NCBI GenBank assembly: GCA_036265385.1
Contig: DATAPD010000046.1
Coordinates: 27,059-91,058 of the forward strand
Direction: 5' to 3'
DNA: 64,000 bases
DNA from: Terriglobales bacterium
GTDB lineage: Bacteria > Acidobacteriota > Terriglobia > Terriglobales > Acidobacteriaceae
Shown here: piece after piece, positions 62,086-64,000 of the stretch
How positions within the stretch are numbered: the stretch's first letter is position 1
Layout of the letters: every line of letters begins with the position of its first letter
Notes under the pieces: generated by a model
Told to the model about the DNA's origin: nothing
What the model saw: only the letters and a program-made list of their open reading frames with translations
Databases searched by the model: none
Position numbers and translations under genes: made by a program

Positions 62086-63082
62086 CGAGGTGCTCCTGCA
62101 CGAAAAGGTCGTCTTGCAAATGCGGATACAGCTTGCATACGCGGTCAATTTCTTCCACCTGATTCGCAGAAAGTTCTTCTTTGGGATCGAGACACCAACG
62201 CCCCGCGAGCAAACCTTGCCGCCGTAGAATTTCGTGGATTCCTGGGATACAACCGTGAAAATGGTGGGCCGGATCAAAAATTGCCGCGTTCGCGTCAGTA
62301 ATCTGAGCCGCCAAGGTCAAGAGTTCGCCAGTGCCTTTGTCCGCGCAATTCTTAGCTAACGCGAGATGTTCGACGGCTTTGCTGGTCCACACAGCCCAGT
62401 GTCCGAGCAATCCGCCGACGATTCGGATCTTGTGGCCGCCTAGTTCGAAGGATGTCAGCAGGTCAACGAGGATGTTGTCATCGTTTCCTGTGTAGAGTGC
62501 GACTTCATGGGCACGACCGGATTCAGCGAGAGCTCGTACCACATCGATGGTTTGATAGCGATTGAAAGGGGCAATTTTAATCGCGACAACATTTTCAACT
62601 TCAAGAAACTTTCGCCAGAACTCGTACGGAAGAATGCGGCCGCCGACGGCAGGCTGTAAGTAAAAACCCATCACTGGGATGATTTCCGCTACTGCACGAG
62701 CGTGCGCAACGAGCTCTGCGATCGAAGCATCGCCGAGTGCGGCTAGACTGAGAAGAGCGGCATCATACCCGAGTTTGTTGGCGAGTTGCGCTTCGTTTGC
62801 TGCCTGATCGCGTTGACCACAAACGCCGGCAACCTTCAATACATCGCGTCCAGGTGTTTCTTCGATTGCCAGGGAAAGTACTGGCTCGAGCAAGCCGATC
62901 TTAGGGTCGCGGATCGTAAACTGCGTCGTGTGGACGCCGACAGCGATCCCCCCCGCGCCGGCAGCAAGATAATAGCGAGTAAGAGCACGTTGCCTGCGCT
63001 CATCCAAGCGGCGATTCGCGTCGAGCGCGAGCGGATGGGCAGGAATCACCAGGCCTGAGCGAAGCTTTTCTCGCAAGGTCAT
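62069..63082 (-). CDS. Dihydrodipicolinate synthase (DapA/NAL) family lyase-like protein
   Basis: Start at MTLREKLRSGLVIPAHPLALD, overlapping the upstream stop (ATGA). Motifs include …GIAVGVHTTQF…. The long N-terminal extension in the track ORF was rejected. Confidence 0.65.
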   Translation of the reverse strand: MTLREKLRSGLVIPAHPLALDANRRLDERRQRALTRYYLAAGAGGIAVGVHTTQFTIRDPKIGLLEPVLSLAIEETPGRDVLKVAGVCGQRDQAANEAQLANKLGYDAALLSLAALGDASIAELVAHARAVAEIIPVMGFYLQPAVGGRILPYEFWRKFLEVENVVAIKIAPFNRYQTIDVVRALAESGRAHEVALYTGNDDNILVDLLTSFELGGHKIRIVGGLLGHWAVWTSKAVEHLALAKNCADKGTGELLTLAAQITDANAAIFDPAHHFHGCIPGIHEILRRQGLLAGRWCLDPKEELSANQVEEIDRVCKLYPHLQDDLFVQEHLDEWLR

Positions 63083-64000
63083 CAGAATTTGCCATCCCGT
63101 GCTTCGAAATGAGTTGGCTTGTTGAGGGAAGTTCCGCCTTGCTGTATCCAAGCGGCTGTCCAGCGGATGAGTTCCTCTGGTTCTACACTTGGGGGTCCAA
63201 ACAATTTTTGCGCATGGCTGGAATCGTTGAGCAGGGAGGTGTTGCCTTCCGAACCGGGGGAAAAAACAGGATCCACCCCGAACTCTTTCCCGAATGATGT
63301 TGCGATCTCGCGAACCGACAGCGTCTCCGGTCCCGTGATATTCAAAACAAGGGGAGGCGATTGACAGTGAGCAAACGAACGCAAGCACCAGGAGTTCGCA
63401 TCTCGCTGCCAAATCACATTCACGTAAGGCATCCCAAGCGGCACTGGGCGTCTCTCGAAGACTGCGCGTCCAATGTCGACAAGAACGCCGTAGCGCATCT
63501 CGACGGCATAGTTGAGCCGCAAGAGTACAACCGGTGTCCCCCACTGTGCGGATCCGTATTCAAACATACGCTCCCGACCTAAGGCCGATTGCGCATACTC
63601 ACCGATCGGACCGGGCGGAGTTGATTCCATTGCTCCTCCCTCAGCGAAGGAACGCAGCGGATAAACGTTCCCGGTCGAAAACGCGACGATACGCGACTTC
63701 CTGTACCGCTCTGCAACTAAACCGGGCAAGTAGGTATTCATCGCCCAGGTGAGGTGCTCTGCGCCGGTGCTCCCGAACTTCCGAGCCGCCATAAAAATGA
63801 CATTCGGAATATCCGGCAAAACTCGAAGTGCATCGGGTTCGAGAAGATCGCAACTGATTGTTTCGATGTTCTCGGCAGCGAGCTCCTCACGCACCGCGGA
63901 ATTCGTAAAACGCGCGACTGCAACGATTCGCTTCGGGACGCCAGCCTTTTCGACGGCTCGACGGGCAAGACGGCACAAACTAGGTCCCATTTTGCCCCCT
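63082..64000 (-). CDS. NAD-dependent epimerase/dehydratase family protein, 5' end outside the window
   Basis: …VIFMAARKFGSTG…TGNVYP… and the general SDR-extended layout. The GxxGxxG N-terminus is missing, and the frame is open to the window edge. Confidence 0.65.
   Translation of the reverse strand, partial: GGKMGPSLCRLARRAVEKAGVPKRIVAVARFTNSAVREELAAENIETISCDLLEPDALRVLPDIPNVIFMAARKFGSTGAEHLTWAMNTYLPGLVAERYRKSRIVAFSTGNVYPLRSFAEGGAMESTPPGPIGEYAQSALGRERMFEYGSAQWGTPVVLLRLNYAVEMRYGVLVDIGRAVFERRPVPLGMPYVNVIWQRDANSWCLRSFAHCQSPPLVLNITGPETLSVREIATSFGKEFGVDPVFSPGSEGNTSLLNDSSHAQKLFGPPSVEPEELIRWTAAWIQQGGTSLNKPTHFEARDGKF

Noticed and set aside
63083-63544. 154-aa N-terminal extension of the DapA-like ORF (62069..63544)
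   Set aside because: It overlaps the 3' part of the epimerase gene in another frame and is Arg/Cys-rich. The conserved DapA-like sequence starts at MTLREK (63082), with an ATGA overlap onto the epimerase stop.
1-64000. Search for tRNA, rRNA, tmRNA or selC, and for mobile elements
   Set aside because: I checked the larger intergenic regions by eye and found no T-loop (GTTCGAATC-like) or acceptor-stem pattern. I also found no transposase, integrase or recombinase ORF and no long terminal inverted repeats. A computational scan (tRNAscan-SE, Infernal) would be needed to be certain.

Overview
This 64 kb window reads as a chromosomal segment with about 58 protein-coding genes. By inference only (gene content, 'AQ'-type signal peptides, intergenic micro-repeats) it looks like a soil Acidobacteriota-like genome. 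I found no rRNA, tRNA, CRISPR array, transposase or integrase.

Recognisable content:
- Housekeeping genes: folD, coaE, ybaK, yceH, Trm112.
- Transporters: a SulP family transporter, a DAACS family transporter, a MacB/FtsX-type permease, and a GntR/YtrA-ABC module.
- An ECF sigma factor flanked by two YciI/DGPF genes.
- A BNR-propeller gene translationally coupled to a MoaD/ThiS-like gene ending in GG.
- A yqjD/yqjE/yqjK-like membrane module.
- A 2145-aa Kelch plus Ig-like surface protein.
- A hexuronate/KDG catabolic cluster (uxaA, kdgK, eda, an SDR, an esterase).
- A cluster of DapA-like, epimerase and CBM9-like genes.

The most interesting signal is at 25.8-28.4 kb on the minus strand. Two adjacent genes are each split in the ORF track by a single in-frame TGA.
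- The first is an iodothyronine-deiodinase-family gene. Its TGA sits exactly at the family's FGSxT-U-PPF selenocysteine position.
- The second is a secreted multidomain protein. Its TGA aligns to the nucleophilic Cys of the thioredoxin CxxC motif, giving U-x-x-S. A classical TlpA-like CPPC domain follows.
- In both genes a hairpin with a GU-containing apical loop starts about 11-12 nt after the TGA, as in a bacterial SECIS. I read this as a putative two-gene envelope selenoprotein module.

Other notable items:
- A frameshifted membrane spermidine-synthase-like gene.
- A GAF-TM protein with about 10 tandem VVPPPPS-type repeats.
- A perfect 22-bp palindrome upstream of the GntR-ABC operon.
- Several intergenic tandem and REP-like repeats.

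All functional calls come from reading the translated sequence and recalling family motifs. No database search was run.
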